Below, piece by piece: positions 9,634 to 20,400 of a stretch of DNA of 50,439 nt. Below the pieces are notes generated by a model, which saw nothing but the letters and a program-made list of their open reading frames with translations, did not search any database and had not been told where the DNA came from. Position numbers and translations under genes: made by a program. The DNA is taken from assembly GCA_036569145.1 (NCBI GenBank), contig DATCRE010000589.1, positions 1-50,439 on the forward strand, in the 5' to 3' direction. How positions within the stretch are numbered: position 1 is the first letter of the stretch; each line of letters starts with the position of its first letter. The stretch comes from Cyclobacteriaceae bacterium. Lineage in GTDB: Bacteria > Bacteroidota > Bacteroidia > Cytophagales > Cyclobacteriaceae.

Positions 9634-10124
9634 ATATGAGAATGTCTATTTGAATATAACGATTTTCCAGCAGGAAGACAACTTTTTAGCGCTATAAGAT
9701 TCAGTTAATTACAGTTAATTTTTGACTTTTACCGAGCTGTAAAATTTTTTGCAGTGCATTAGTCTTTGGTCTTATAATGGTGTTTACCTTTTTGTAATCC
9801 TCTTGTAAACGTTTTTGTCATTGTAAGAATAAGTAGATATAGAAATCACTTTAGCATATTTGATCTTCAATTATTGAATGTCTTTCACGGCGATTAGTTT
9901 CTTCAGATACTTGACAATAGTAGAGCGAATAAGCAATAAAGAAATTGGTTTGTCTGCAATGGTTAGCCATAGGTAGGGCTTTGGCAATCATTTTTGCAGA
10001 CAAGCCATAATATTAATTCCCACCAATTGATCAATATTAACTTCTGAATTTTTAATTGTGCTTGCTCTTTATCTAATGAGAATAATGAGCATTGACTACT
10101 TATGAAAGAACAACAATAATAATT

Positions 10125-10514
10125 CTATTCTGACTGAAGCCATTGTTTTGCAGTATCCACCTCAGTGAAATGCTTTATGGTTATAGGAAGTTTTTTTACA
10201 TCATGGGCTTCTTCCATAGATACCTGGGCAAATACATCATCCGGAACGATAAAGGCAATCGCTCTTATTTCAAGTTTGATAACTTTTGGAAACCAAACCG
10301 TTTTTATAAATTCTTCACCACCAGGAGGATATATACTAATATGACGAAGATTGATGAGACATTTTTTAATGCTGAAATGCTCAATTAATTTAAACTCGTA
10401 TTCACATACCTCTACGAGTTCTTCATAAGTAATGAACCCTGAAAATATTATTTCAAGGAAATTATGTTCTTTATCATGAAGTACTTTTGCATTTGTTCTG
10501 ATTAAATTATTCAT
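10125..10514 (-). CDS. Hypothetical protein, possibly SpoIIAA/STAS-like fold
   Basis: 129-aa ORF with an alternating beta/alpha pattern (FLEIIFSGFITYEELVEV..KKCLINLRHI..AIAFIVPDD..). The fold guess is weak and not searchable here. Confidence 0.5.
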   Translation of the reverse strand: MNNLIRTNAKVLHDKEHNFLEIIFSGFITYEELVEVCEYEFKLIEHFSIKKCLINLRHISIYPPGGEEFIKTVWFPKVIKLEIRAIAFIVPDDVFAQVSMEEAHDVKKLPITIKHFTEVDTAKQWLQSE

Positions 10515-10811
10515 AAAGTTTATTTATTATTTTTTTGGTTTAACGCCTATAAGGCTATTTAATTGGAGAAATCTTGCTGTATAGATGATAACGGCTTTGT
10601 AAAGCTGAGATTAATTACAAAAGTTCCAACTAAACGGAAATAACAAAAAGGTGGACATTAGTATGACAAAAAAGTATACATAAAAGTCTTCGAAAATAAG
10701 GTAGAGCGAGACAAGAGTGCTACATTTCGAAAAATTGTGAAGTACCTGACAATGCAGGGTAGGCAAATTTGGTTGCCTTAAATAAATCTAGACTCTAAAA
10801 ATATATTCTTT

Positions 10812-12443
10812 ATGATCCGGCACATGTGCAGAATAATGATAATTCTATTTTGCATCACCGTTCATTACTCTATAGCACAAACGAAAAAGATAGACAGCCT
10901 TCAGAATCTTCTCAAAAAACTTCCTCAGGATACAAACCGTGTTGACGTTCTTATTGAGCTTTGTAAGGCGCAGGAAAGTTTGAATGCCGACACGGTTCTT
11001 CACACTGCACAAAAAGTGTTAGTTCTGTCGCAAAAGCTTAATTACAAATATGGATTAACGACTGCCTATAATCTTTTGGCATATGCTAATCACCAGAACG
11101 GAAGACTGCTCCAAGCTTCCGAGTATCTTTTAAAGGCTATTAATATTCTTAAGTTAATGAAAGATACATTCGGGGTAGCTTACAATAATAACAATATTGG
11201 CATTTTGTATGCTTCTAGCGGGCAAAAGAAGGAGTCTATAAAATATTTTAAAGATGCTATGGTTTATTTTAGATCTATTTCTGATGATAATGGTGTTATG
11301 ATATCCATGCATAATCTGGGGGATTCCTATTCATCTCTAAACGAAGATTCACTGGCCCTGACTTATCATAATGAAGCATTAAAAATATCCAATAAAACAG
11401 GGGAGTACAATATGAAGTCGGCTATTCTTTGCGGAATAGGAAACGACTATTATAAGTTTGGACGATATAATGAAGCTTTGGAATTTGAAGAAAGGGCTTT
11501 GCAACTTCAACCGAAATCTGACGATCCATCAGTTAAGTATGAGATTCATATTACTCTTGCTAAAATATTCCTGGCTTTAAAATTACCTGACAAAGCCTTA
11601 AAGGCTGGTGAGATCGGTGTGTCATTGGCTAAATCTGCCAACGATAAATTCTCTCTTGCTCAGGGCTATGAGCAACTCTTTAAGATACATCAGGTATTAA
11701 AGAATTTTGAAAAAGCATTTTCTTATCACGTGCAGTATTCGATCTTGCAAGACAGCCTGAAGAGTGCGGATAATGCTATTGCCATCGAGAAACTTAATTA
11801 TAGATCTGCGTTAGAGAAAAAAGAGTCAGAAATTGTACTTCTTAGAGAACGACATCAGACTGATGTCTTCCGGAAAAATGTGTACATCATTGTATTAGTA
11901 TTAGCGTTAATTATTGGATTATTACTCTATAATCGATATCGTTTGATTGTGAAAAAAAGATTGCAATTGAAAAAAACAGAACTGGATTTTTATATAAAAA
12001 GCCTGATTGAAAAATCGGAAACGATAACACGTATTAACCAGGAACTGGAATCGGTTAAAAATAATTTTTCTGAAGGCGCAATTCAGGCGAGTAAACTGGA
12101 TAAAATTTTACAGAGCAATATTCTCACAGAAGAAGATTGGGAGAGTTTTAAGAAAGTGTTTGAGGAAATGTATCCTATTTTCTTTTCGCGTATCCGTTAT
12201 CATTACCCAGAAGTTACGGCTGCAGAGTTAAGGTTATCTGCATTAGTGAAGCTTAATTTATCCATGAAGGAAACGGCAACAATTTTGGGGATATCTCCGG
12301 AAAGCGTAAAAACGGCCCGATACAGGCTCAGAAAGAAATTTCAAATCATGGAGAGTGAAACACTTGAACAGTTCATTGACAGGCTCACCTTCAAAGAGGT
12401 GCAACTCAAAAAAAACTTGTTAATTGATTCAAAGTTCCATTAG
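10812..12443 (+). CDS. Membrane-anchored TPR protein with C-terminal LuxR-type HTH (one-component regulator)
   Basis: 543 aa. Signal/anchor, TPR head (IDSLQNLLKKLPQDTNRVDVLIELCKAQ..), TM VYIIVLVLALIIGLLLY, coiled coil. C-terminal ILTEEDWESFKKVFEEMYPIFF..VTAAELRLSALVKLNLSMKETATILGISPESVKTARYRLRKKF. Confidence 0.85.
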   Translation: MIRHMCRIMIILFCITVHYSIAQTKKIDSLQNLLKKLPQDTNRVDVLIELCKAQESLNADTVLHTAQKVLVLSQKLNYKYGLTTAYNLLAYANHQNGRLLQASEYLLKAINILKLMKDTFGVAYNNNNIGILYASSGQKKESIKYFKDAMVYFRSISDDNGVMISMHNLGDSYSSLNEDSLALTYHNEALKISNKTGEYNMKSAILCGIGNDYYKFGRYNEALEFEERALQLQPKSDDPSVKYEIHITLAKIFLALKLPDKALKAGEIGVSLAKSANDKFSLAQGYEQLFKIHQVLKNFEKAFSYHVQYSILQDSLKSADNAIAIEKLNYRSALEKKESEIVLLRERHQTDVFRKNVYIIVLVLALIIGLLLYNRYRLIVKKRLQLKKTELDFYIKSLIEKSETITRINQELESVKNNFSEGAIQASKLDKILQSNILTEEDWESFKKVFEEMYPIFFSRIRYHYPEVTAAELRLSALVKLNLSMKETATILGISPESVKTARYRLRKKFQIMESETLEQFIDRLTFKEVQLKKNLLIDSKFH

Positions 12444-12684
12444 CTTTTTTCTGGCTCTTTGGTGAATCTTAAGTAGAGCCTTAATAAATTCCATTGAATT
12501 GTACATTCGTCGCAGAATTTGAGACTTTGTATATCCTTCAACAATTTAACCACAGCTTGTCTACCTTTTTGTGCCAATTCGTTATGTCTTAGAACGGCAT
12601 TGATTACTGACATTAGCTCTTAAATATACAATGGAGCGGAAATGACTCCTTTTTCAATGTATAGACAGGCTATAAAAAATTGAT

Positions 12685-13119
12685 ATGAAATTCTTTTATT
12701 CCTCACGTTACCTACTCGTGTTATCATTTGCACTTCTGGCATTATGTTCTGGCAATGTTTTAGCACAAAAGAAGGCTGACCAGGCTAGCGATCTTTCTGC
12801 TGATAGCAATTTTACAGAGGCAACAAATTTTATGTTTCAGGGACTAGTCGATCAGTCCATTTTATCTTTTACCGCTGCCGCTAACGGATTCCAGGAATCG
12901 GGTAATGTGCGACAAATCATAGCCTGCTATATGGGCATTGCGACATGTTATATGTTAAAAGGAGATTTCGGCAAATCACAAGAATTTAATGAAAAAGCTT
13001 TCGCACTCCATAAAGATAAAGTGACGGATGATCCTGAAGGACTTGACTTAATTATAAATAATCTTGCCTTGTGTAAGGAGGCTCAACGTCAAAACAATGG
13101 AGCTATAAAAACGAATTAG
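12685..13119 (+). CDS. Small secreted TPR-like protein
   Basis: 144 aa. Signal peptide MKFFYSSRYLLVLSFALLALCSGNVLAQ and one or two TPR-like helical hairpins (IACYMGIATCYMLKGDFGKSQEFNEKAFAL). Confidence 0.6.
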   Translation: MKFFYSSRYLLVLSFALLALCSGNVLAQKKADQASDLSADSNFTEATNFMFQGLVDQSILSFTAAANGFQESGNVRQIIACYMGIATCYMLKGDFGKSQEFNEKAFALHKDKVTDDPEGLDLIINNLALCKEAQRQNNGAIKTN

Positions 13120-13462
13120 ACTCTGCGTGGGATCTGATATCTTTAATTTTATAAGCTCTTAATAAAAATATTTTCCAGGCATCCGTAAATAATCTAAGCA
13201 TCCTTCAGTAAAAATACAGAGGTTAAAAAGATGTTCTCCGATATACCTTCGGCAAAAAATTAGGGGAGCTAGTAAGCTATTTCGTTATCTGAAGCTATTT
13301 TAAATCTTGTTGGATAAAACCATCATGAATTCGATAGCCAGAAAGATATTACGATCTCCGTCACACAATTTCTCTAACTGTTTTCATTTAGAGCAAAGCG
13401 AAAGAAATGAATTCAGCGTGTATAACCCGGAGATTGTGAAGTTTTAGGTTGAGTAGTATAAA

Positions 13463-14689
13463 ATGTTTATGAAATTGTTTGAGCGTTTTGCCAATATTGG
13501 CATTGTTATAATTTTTGTTTTTAGTTCATTCTATGTTGTGCCTTGTCACGGGCAAAGCGATGTTTTAAAAGATGATTATTTCGTAGTAATCGGTGCATTT
13601 TCAGTTCTTAAGAATGCTGTTTCGTTTACAGATCGTGCCCGTACCAATTTTAACTTAAACGCCAATTTTGCATTTAACACAAGCCGTAATCTTCACTACG
13701 TTTATGTGTACAATACTCCAGACAAAATTCAGGCTGTTAATGAAGCATTAAGACTGCGAGATCAATCTAAATTTTCGGATGCCTGGGTTTACTATGGAAA
13801 TATTGACTACGAAAATCGCCAGCTGACTGGTAGAATACCACCTCTTGAAAATGATATTAATCCAGAGACAGAACAATCAATTGTAAAAGTATCAGCAAAT
13901 GATTTGCCAATACAAACGCAGGTTGAAATCTCATCTGCTGATAATCTCACTTCGAACTCGAGTGTAAAAGGTGATGACGCAATTGAAGGGAAGGATTTTA
14001 TTTTTCAGATGTATAGATCAGAGGATAGCTCGTTAGTAGCTGGAAGTGTAGATGTTATTGATATTGATCGTTCCCGCAAGATGGCAACCTATAAAGGAAA
14101 TACAACAGTTAAGGTGGTATCTCCTTTAAGTAAAAGTGATAGTATACTGGCAGTGTGTAATGTATTTGGTTATCGCAAAACACAACGGGTTTTGAATTAT
14201 GATAGTCCCACGACCGATGACCTAAAAATAAATGAACGAGGTGCTGTCGTAATTCCTTTTGAACTTCAGCGATTAAAGAAAGGAGACATTGCTGTAATGT
14301 ACAATGTTTATTTCTTTAAGGATGCAGCCGTGATGCGTCCTGAATCACTCTTCGAAATAAATAGCCTTTTGGAATTATTGAATGAAAATGAAAAATATGT
14401 GATTAAAATTCATGGCCATACAAATGGAGATTCTTATGGCAAGATTATTTCATCCAGCGATAAGACCAATAATTTTTTCTCCCTAGATAATACCATTGAA
14501 GAATTTGGTTCGGCAAAGAAATTATCAGAAGAACGCGCCATGATGATAAGAAAATATTTAATCTCTAAGGGAATCAGTGCTAAACGCATGCACATAAAAG
14601 CATGGGGTGGTAAGCACCCTGTGCAAGATAAATTTGGCGCTCATGCTCAGGAAAATGTAAGAGTGGAAATTGAAATTCTTGACAACTAA
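13463..14689 (+). CDS. OmpA-family protein with N-terminal SPOR-like domain
   Basis: 408 aa. Signal peptide, SPOR-like DYFVVIGAFSVLKNAVSFTDRAR..HYVYVYNTPDKIQAVNEAL. C-terminal OmpA-like IKIHGHTNGDS..LSEERAMMIRKYLISKGISAKRMHIKAWGGKHPV. Confidence 0.8.
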   Translation: MFMKLFERFANIGIVIIFVFSSFYVVPCHGQSDVLKDDYFVVIGAFSVLKNAVSFTDRARTNFNLNANFAFNTSRNLHYVYVYNTPDKIQAVNEALRLRDQSKFSDAWVYYGNIDYENRQLTGRIPPLENDINPETEQSIVKVSANDLPIQTQVEISSADNLTSNSSVKGDDAIEGKDFIFQMYRSEDSSLVAGSVDVIDIDRSRKMATYKGNTTVKVVSPLSKSDSILAVCNVFGYRKTQRVLNYDSPTTDDLKINERGAVVIPFELQRLKKGDIAVMYNVYFFKDAAVMRPESLFEINSLLELLNENEKYVIKIHGHTNGDSYGKIISSSDKTNNFFSLDNTIEEFGSAKKLSEERAMMIRKYLISKGISAKRMHIKAWGGKHPVQDKFGAHAQENVRVEIEILDN

Positions 14690-14705
14690 GATATTTGATG
14701 ATCTT

Positions 14706-14794
14706 GATTCACCTTCATGTGACGTGTTTCTATAGGGTAGTTTGACACGACATTTTTTTCTGAAGGTGAATCATTTCTTTTGCAGAAAAGAAAT
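14706..14794. terminator. Two adjacent hairpins in a convergent intergenic region
   Basis: Hairpin 1: 12-bp outer stem gattcaccttca (14706-14717) / tgaaggtgaatc (14761-14772), with inner partial pairing (atgt..cgtgt / acacg..acat). Hairpin 2: 9-bp stem atttctttt (14773-14781) / aaaagaaat (14786-14794), loop gcag. Confidence 0.65.
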
Positions 14795-14870
14795 ATCGAG
14801 TTTTATAGATGAAGGAGGGAAGTAAACGATTCTATTTGAAATAGAATGTTAAAGTATACCAACGACAGAT

Positions 14871-15587
14871 TTATTGTTTACTCAGATATTTAGAGAGCAT
14901 CTTGTAAAGATTGGTACTGTTGACTGGTTTGTGAAGAAAATCATTAGCACCTGCTAATAAAGCTTCCCCACACTCTGCGTTTGTATCTGAGAATGTGAGA
15001 CTGATAATGGGGGTATCCTTATTAAATTCTCTTATTTTAGAAGTTGCTACATTTCCATTTAATACAGGCATGTGATTGTCCATTAAAATCAAATCATAGT
15101 CGCTGTCAAGTGCAAGATGAATAGCGTTCTCTCCATTTTCTGTAATGGTTGTTTTGCATCCCCATTCATCCAGAAGACACGAAAACAGCATGGTACTAAT
15201 TTTACTGTCGTCTACCAGTAGAATTCTTTTCGATTCAAAGGGAAGTCTTTCTTTCATTCGTCTGCTAGTGTTATTAAGTTCGAATGATAAATTAATTTTG
15301 TTCTCTTTCTTTTTACTCTTGCTTGTCAATGGCTGACTCGAAAATTCCACATTGACAATCGTAAATTTCTCTGATTTAGTCTTCTGAGTCACTTCAATAA
15401 TTACAGCATTCATTTCATAATACTTTGCTGAAAAATTGAAGATATTCTTAATAGCATCAAGTAATGCCTCAGGATTGCCTAAATAGATGTCATCAAGCTT
15501 AACGTCAATGACTATTCTGGTAGAGCGAAATTGATTAAAATAAAAGACTAAATCTGCACAGACTCCTCGTAAGCTGAATTCTTGCAT
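14871..15587 (-). CDS. Response-regulator receiver protein with a degenerate, truncated HATPase-like N-terminus (remnant of a hybrid kinase)
   Basis: 238 aa. The C-terminal REC is intact: RILLVDDSKIS, DLILMDNHMPVLNG, PIISLTFS, FLHKPV. The N-terminal ~110 aa resemble the post-HisKA/N-box part of a kinase (EFSLRGVCADLVFYF..YLGNPEALLDAIKNIFNFSAKY..FTIVNVEF), but no H-box, G1 or G2 box is present. Confidence 0.8.
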   Translation of the reverse strand: MQEFSLRGVCADLVFYFNQFRSTRIVIDVKLDDIYLGNPEALLDAIKNIFNFSAKYYEMNAVIIEVTQKTKSEKFTIVNVEFSSQPLTSKSKKKENKINLSFELNNTSRRMKERLPFESKRILLVDDSKISTMLFSCLLDEWGCKTTITENGENAIHLALDSDYDLILMDNHMPVLNGNVATSKIREFNKDTPIISLTFSDTNAECGEALLAGANDFLHKPVNSTNLYKMLSKYLSKQ

Positions 15588-15761
15588 AGATTGTTAATTT
15601 ATATATAAGATCTTCTGCAAGTATACGACGTAAATAAATGGATTACATCAGTATAATGGAGACACAGATTTCAGTAGAATTACAGAGTTAAATATAGTAT
15701 TGCTCAGCCTAACTTTCGAATACGTTAATTGAATTGAGGTTATTTTAAGCTCTATTGAGTC

Positions 15762-16349
15762 ATGATTTTTAGTCGGAGAAGTACAATGACAAGTCGGTTT
15801 AACGAAGCTTTTGAGTTTGGCTACTACAAAGCAACTAAACTATTGATGGATATCACCGGCGAAGAAGTTTACTATAATAATTTTCATTACGGTTTACATG
15901 AAATAGGCTCGCAAAAAACAAAAAGATTAGATTCATTAAATGGAAATATCTCCAATATCCTCGTTGCAAGCACAATATCTGTCGAGGAGAGAGGCTCTTT
16001 AGGAAAGAGCCATTTAATCTTATCAAATCGGGATGTAAATATTTTATCCTCTATAGCTAAAAATGGTAAAATACAGACCGATCGTAGTTATGATTTTGCA
16101 ATAGACCTTAACAATATTTTGACTTCATCTATTGTTGAAACAATGAATGAAGAATTAAATCTTGCAGCATTCCAATCTGATACCGCAGTGGAAGATTATT
16201 TTGATGGTGACATGAGCAAAGTAATCCAGGCTGGGTCTGGAGAGAATACAGATTTAATTTACACAAATGCGATTTTTTTTTCGTTTAAAAAGTATCCAGA
16301 TTTGCGTCCCTGTCTTGTTTGGGTATTGAATGGAAACCTTTTTTTATAG
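15762..16349 (+). CDS. Hypothetical protein (weak CheC/CheX-like resemblance)
   Basis: 195-aa ORF, with an alternative ATG at 15786 (MTSRFNEAFEF..). The segment FAIDLNNILTSSIVETMNEEL vaguely resembles the CheC-type helix D/S-x3-E-x2-N-x-x-x-G. Contains a T9 run at 16273-16281. Confidence 0.5.
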   Translation: MIFSRRSTMTSRFNEAFEFGYYKATKLLMDITGEEVYYNNFHYGLHEIGSQKTKRLDSLNGNISNILVASTISVEERGSLGKSHLILSNRDVNILSSIAKNGKIQTDRSYDFAIDLNNILTSSIVETMNEELNLAAFQSDTAVEDYFDGDMSKVIQAGSGENTDLIYTNAIFFSFKKYPDLRPCLVWVLNGNLFL

Positions 16350-16405
16350 TTATATACGCACTAAATTAACAGACTGCGTGTTGGAGGGAAGAAGTGTGAG
16401 TAAGT

Positions 16406-16528
16406 ATGAGTCTAAACATTAAATGGTATAACAAGCGGGCTAAAGTATTTTTAGGCCTGCTGATTATTATTTTAATAATAATTTTTGTTATTAGCGTGTT
16501 CCCAATGATTAATTCTTTAACTCAATAA
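16406..16528 (+). CDS. Possible 40-aa single-pass membrane peptide
   Basis: Below the ORF-track size cutoff. ATG 16406 to TAA 16528 gives MSLNIKWYNKRAKVFLGLLIIILIIIFVISVFPMINSLTQ, which has one clear hydrophobic helix. There is no other support. Confidence 0.25.
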   Translation: MSLNIKWYNKRAKVFLGLLIIILIIIFVISVFPMINSLTQ

Positions 16529-16556
16529 TAATTAATAATTGTAATGTTGGAGTATT

Positions 16557-17372
16557 TTAACTCAATGTGTGTCTTGCCATAGAGCGCACATTGGGTTGAT
16601 ATTCTTTGTCATCATTATAAGATAAAAAAGTATTATTGATCAATGGCATTGATAGTACTTCCTGAAAGTATCGATCACGTTGAATTTTTTTTATCTGGTT
16701 TACCTGTTCAAGGTTATGACAATCACTTCCTAAAATATGGATCATTCCCTGGTCAATAAGTTTCCTTACTGTCCGCTGGGCTTTAGCAGAATAGCCATTA
16801 CCTAATGACCTGATGTTGATTTGAAAAATTGCACCCTGATCAAATATTTCAGTTGCCATTCTCAAATCATTTTGAATATAGGTGTATCGTTCCGGATGAG
16901 CTAACACAGGCACGTAGCCATTTGAAATCGTGAGATCAATAAATTCTTCAAGCCTGGAAAATTTTTCAGAAGGTGATGTTTCAAAGAGCAAGAATTTGCT
17001 GCCAAAGGTAAGTAATGGCTCCTTGTCCTTTACGGCTTTTATAAGTTTACTGTCCAGCATATATTCAGCCGAAGTATCAATGTCAATATCAACTTTCTTC
17101 TCCTTTAAATGATGCTTAAGTGTATTTAGGGCGGTGATAATTTTGGAATTGGAGTTTTGATAGTTGGAATTAATATGTGGTGTCGTAATAATTTTACGAT
17201 ACCCCATTTTTTGAAGATCTAAAATTATTTTCAAGGACTCATCCAGAGATTTAACGCCATCATCAAGTCCGGGTAGCAAATGAGAATGAATATCAACTCT
17301 AAGCGCATTTACATTCTCATTATTATTGAAACGATTAATCTTCTTTAGTTGCTCAACTAGAAATTTAAACAT
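16557..17372 (-). CDS. PHP-family protein-tyrosine phosphatase (CpsB/YwqE-like)
   Basis: The ORF track start is 17426. I prefer ATG 17372 (MFKFLVEQLKK..). Diagnostic VDIHSHLLPGLDDGVKSLDESL, TTPHINS, LAHPERY, ILGSDCHN (metal-binding His/Asp of PHP phosphoesterases). Confidence 0.85.
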   Translation of the reverse strand: MFKFLVEQLKKINRFNNNENVNALRVDIHSHLLPGLDDGVKSLDESLKIILDLQKMGYRKIITTPHINSNYQNSNSKIITALNTLKHHLKEKKVDIDIDTSAEYMLDSKLIKAVKDKEPLLTFGSKFLLFETSPSEKFSRLEEFIDLTISNGYVPVLAHPERYTYIQNDLRMATEIFDQGAIFQINIRSLGNGYSAKAQRTVRKLIDQGMIHILGSDCHNLEQVNQIKKIQRDRYFQEVLSMPLINNTFLSYNDDKEYQPNVRSMARHTLS

Positions 17373-17473
17373 AGAGTAGATATTGACGCTTAAAGTTAAG
17401 CTATTCGATAATTGAATTGATTTCAACTAATACTCAGTATCAGATAGGTGTTTTTACGGATGCAAAGGAGCAA

Positions 17474-20400
17474 TCAATAATTGAAATCTTTAATCTCACA
17501 TTTTACTCTTTTGAGAAAAATTGATAATTCGGTATTAAGGCCGACGATTGTATGGGAGTACGTTTCGTGTATTCGATATTCTTCCAAAAGATTCATTAAT
17601 GAGTAACAGCGAATATTTTTTGCAATAGGAGATAACTTGTGTATCTCAGTTTTTAATCCGTTTAAATCTCTGAGCGTACTGTACTTATTAATGTTAGCTT
17701 CGGTTTTTCGTATGTCATTAATTATTATTCGTTTTATCTCTCTTAATTTTTGCTGATTATTTTCAAAGGCTTCTTCGTAAAAATCGAGTGTGAGAAAATT
17801 TTCTTCTGGCCTCGGTGTTGGACATACCTTGCTGATCTTGTTTATAAGATTATCAAATTGAAAGGGCTTTGTAATCACATCCTGAAAAGCATGCGCTTCG
17901 GTCTTCAATCTTAAATTTTGAGAATAAGCTTCGGCAGTAAAAGCAACTATCGCTGTATCCTGATTTTTTCCGTTCGGTTGTTTTCGGATGGCATCTGTTA
18001 CTTCATAGCCGTTCAGTCCAGGCATTTGAAGGTCCATGAGTATCACATCAAATATTTTGTTGGATGTGTGTTGTAAGGCTATGTTACCATTGCTGGCCAC
18101 AGAACAGTCTGCACCACAATCTTCTAAAAAGGATTTTACAAGTAACTGATTTGACTCGACATCTTCCACATAGAGTATCCGGTAGCCGTTAATCACGCTT
18201 TCTATAGAATTGTTTCCGGCAATGTGCTTTGGAATTATTGGAGTGGTATCTGTATGAATCTTGAATGGTATTGAAATAAGGAACTCAGATCCTTTGTTTA
18301 CTTCGCTTATCACATCAATTTCTCCTTTAAATAAATTGACAAGATTTTTTACAATGGAGAGACCAAGTCCTGTACCACCAAATTCTCTTGATATATATTT
18401 TTCTGATTGATTGAATGCCGTAAAAATCACATCAAGCTTCTCTTTTGGAATTCCTATTCCAGAATCTCCAATTGCAAATAGTAATGTGCCGCTATTGCCT
18501 TCTTCGGATATTGATTTTAGTGAAGTCTGGATACGTACATGACCTTTACGTGTAAATTTTAATGCATTGTTTATAAGATTATGAAGTATCTGATTTAATC
18601 TACTCAAATCACCAATTACAAAATCAGGAATACTGGTGTCTATGGTTATGAGAAAATCTAATCCTTTTTCAGAGGCGATGAGTTGATAGGAGGCCTGTAA
18701 TTGTTGAAGCAATTCTACCGGACTAAACACTGTTTCTTCGAGCTCGATTTTCCCAGCTCTTATTTTATTGTAGTCAAGAATGTCGTTGATAAGAAGAACA
18801 AGATTATCGCCGGAGTGCTTTAATGTTTTGACAATTTCAAGCTGATCTTCGCGTGGGCTTCTTTTCAGTAATAGGTTAGACAGACCTATCACTGAATTAA
18901 GTGGTGTGCGTATTTCATGACTCATAACGGAAAGAAAATCTTCTTTGATAGCAGAAGCTTCTTCAGCCAGAAGCTTGGCTTGTATGATTTCGTCTTCTCG
19001 TTTCTTTTGTAATGTTATATCGTAGCTAAATGAGAAATAGCCAGTGAAATGACCATCGTTCCATATTGGTATTATATTTTTTAGTAGCCAGACCGTCTTT
19101 CCTGACTTTGTCTGAATACACATTTCTCCAGACCATTCTTTGGGCTCCTGAAGAGTGTCCCAAAGGATTTTAAATAATTCAGAACTGCCTGTTTCAGCAT
19201 TATTAAATTCAGGCTGAAGTTGCTGATATGTTTTGCCTATCATCTCTGCCGATGAATATCCAACCACTTCAGTGAAGCGTTCATTAACACTTGTTATGCA
19301 TCCATCCTTATCGAAACTTGTAGTGATCGATATTTTATTTAAAGCGTCTGTCTTTAGCTTAAGATCATAGTATGTTCGCTGCAGGCTATTTTGCGATTCA
19401 ATTAACTTCTGATTCGTAAAGGTTGTTTTAAGCGATTGAACCTCTAACTCTCTTAATGTTGTATTTAATTTTTCATTGAGCGTTTTATATTGTTCCACTG
19501 AATCAATGAGATCTATATTGGATTGATGTACCATTTTTTCATAAGCAATCTCCTTACTTATATCATGCATCATCCAACGAATAGCTATAACATTGTTGTC
19601 GTTATCCAAAATGGCTTTTAGATTCTTTTGGAACCAGCAGTATTCTTTATCGCTTGCATTTCTCTTTACCCTGATTCTGGCTGTAAATGATGATTTAGGA
19701 TTTTCAATAGCCTGCTGAAACAGACTTCTAAATATTTTTTGATCTGTTGACGGTATAATTAATTTTTTACCGATGACATCTTCGGGCGTGTAACCCAGCA
19801 CGGTCGAAAGAGCAGGAGAGACGTATTGTATGATACCGTTTATATCGTATAAGCCAATAATATCATTTCCTGATTCTGCGAGTAACTTATATTTCTCTTT
19901 ATTGGCTTTTAATTCCTGTGTAATAGATTTCGATTCAGTAATATCTCTGGCGATGCCAAACATGGTTGTCTGGCGTGAATCATTTTTTAAAACATCTCCG
20001 GTTAATTGAATCCACCGGATAGCCCCAGATTCTGTTTGTATTCTGTGCTCAATCTTGAAAATTTCTTTCTTCTCAAAGCAATCTTTGGCCTTGGATAACA
20101 CATTCTTCCGGTCTTCAGGATGTATGTATTCTAAAAATCTGGCTTCATCGATCTGATTGCTTTCCGGATTTATGCCAAAGATCTTATAAGTCGTTTCAGA
20201 CCAAAGTAAATTCCCCGATGTATCCCAACGCCAGCTTCCTATATTCGAAAAACTTTGAGCTAACCTGAAGAGTGTTTCCATTTCGTTCAGACTACTTTCA
20301 GCAGTTAGCCGTTCTGTTATATCGACCAATTGATACATCTGACAATATTCGCCATTTAACTGAAGACAACATGTTTGAACTTCGAAAGATCTTAGCTTCT

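Noticed and set aside
9860-10002. Possible remnant of a receiver-domain C-terminus on the minus strand (..DKPISLLLIRSTIVKYLKKLIAVKDIQ*), plus a 10-bp inverted repeat ttgtctgcaa/ttgcagacaa (9951-9960 and about 9993-10002)
   Set aside because: Only about 25 residues resemble the KP....L...I..YL ending of REC domains. That is too short to separate from chance without a search. The hairpin has a loop of more than 30 nt.
12444-12684. Weak hairpin ggctct..agagcc after the 10812-12443 gene, considered as a terminator
   Set aside because: It has only a 6-bp stem, a 16-nt loop and no T-tract, so it is not reportable as a feature.
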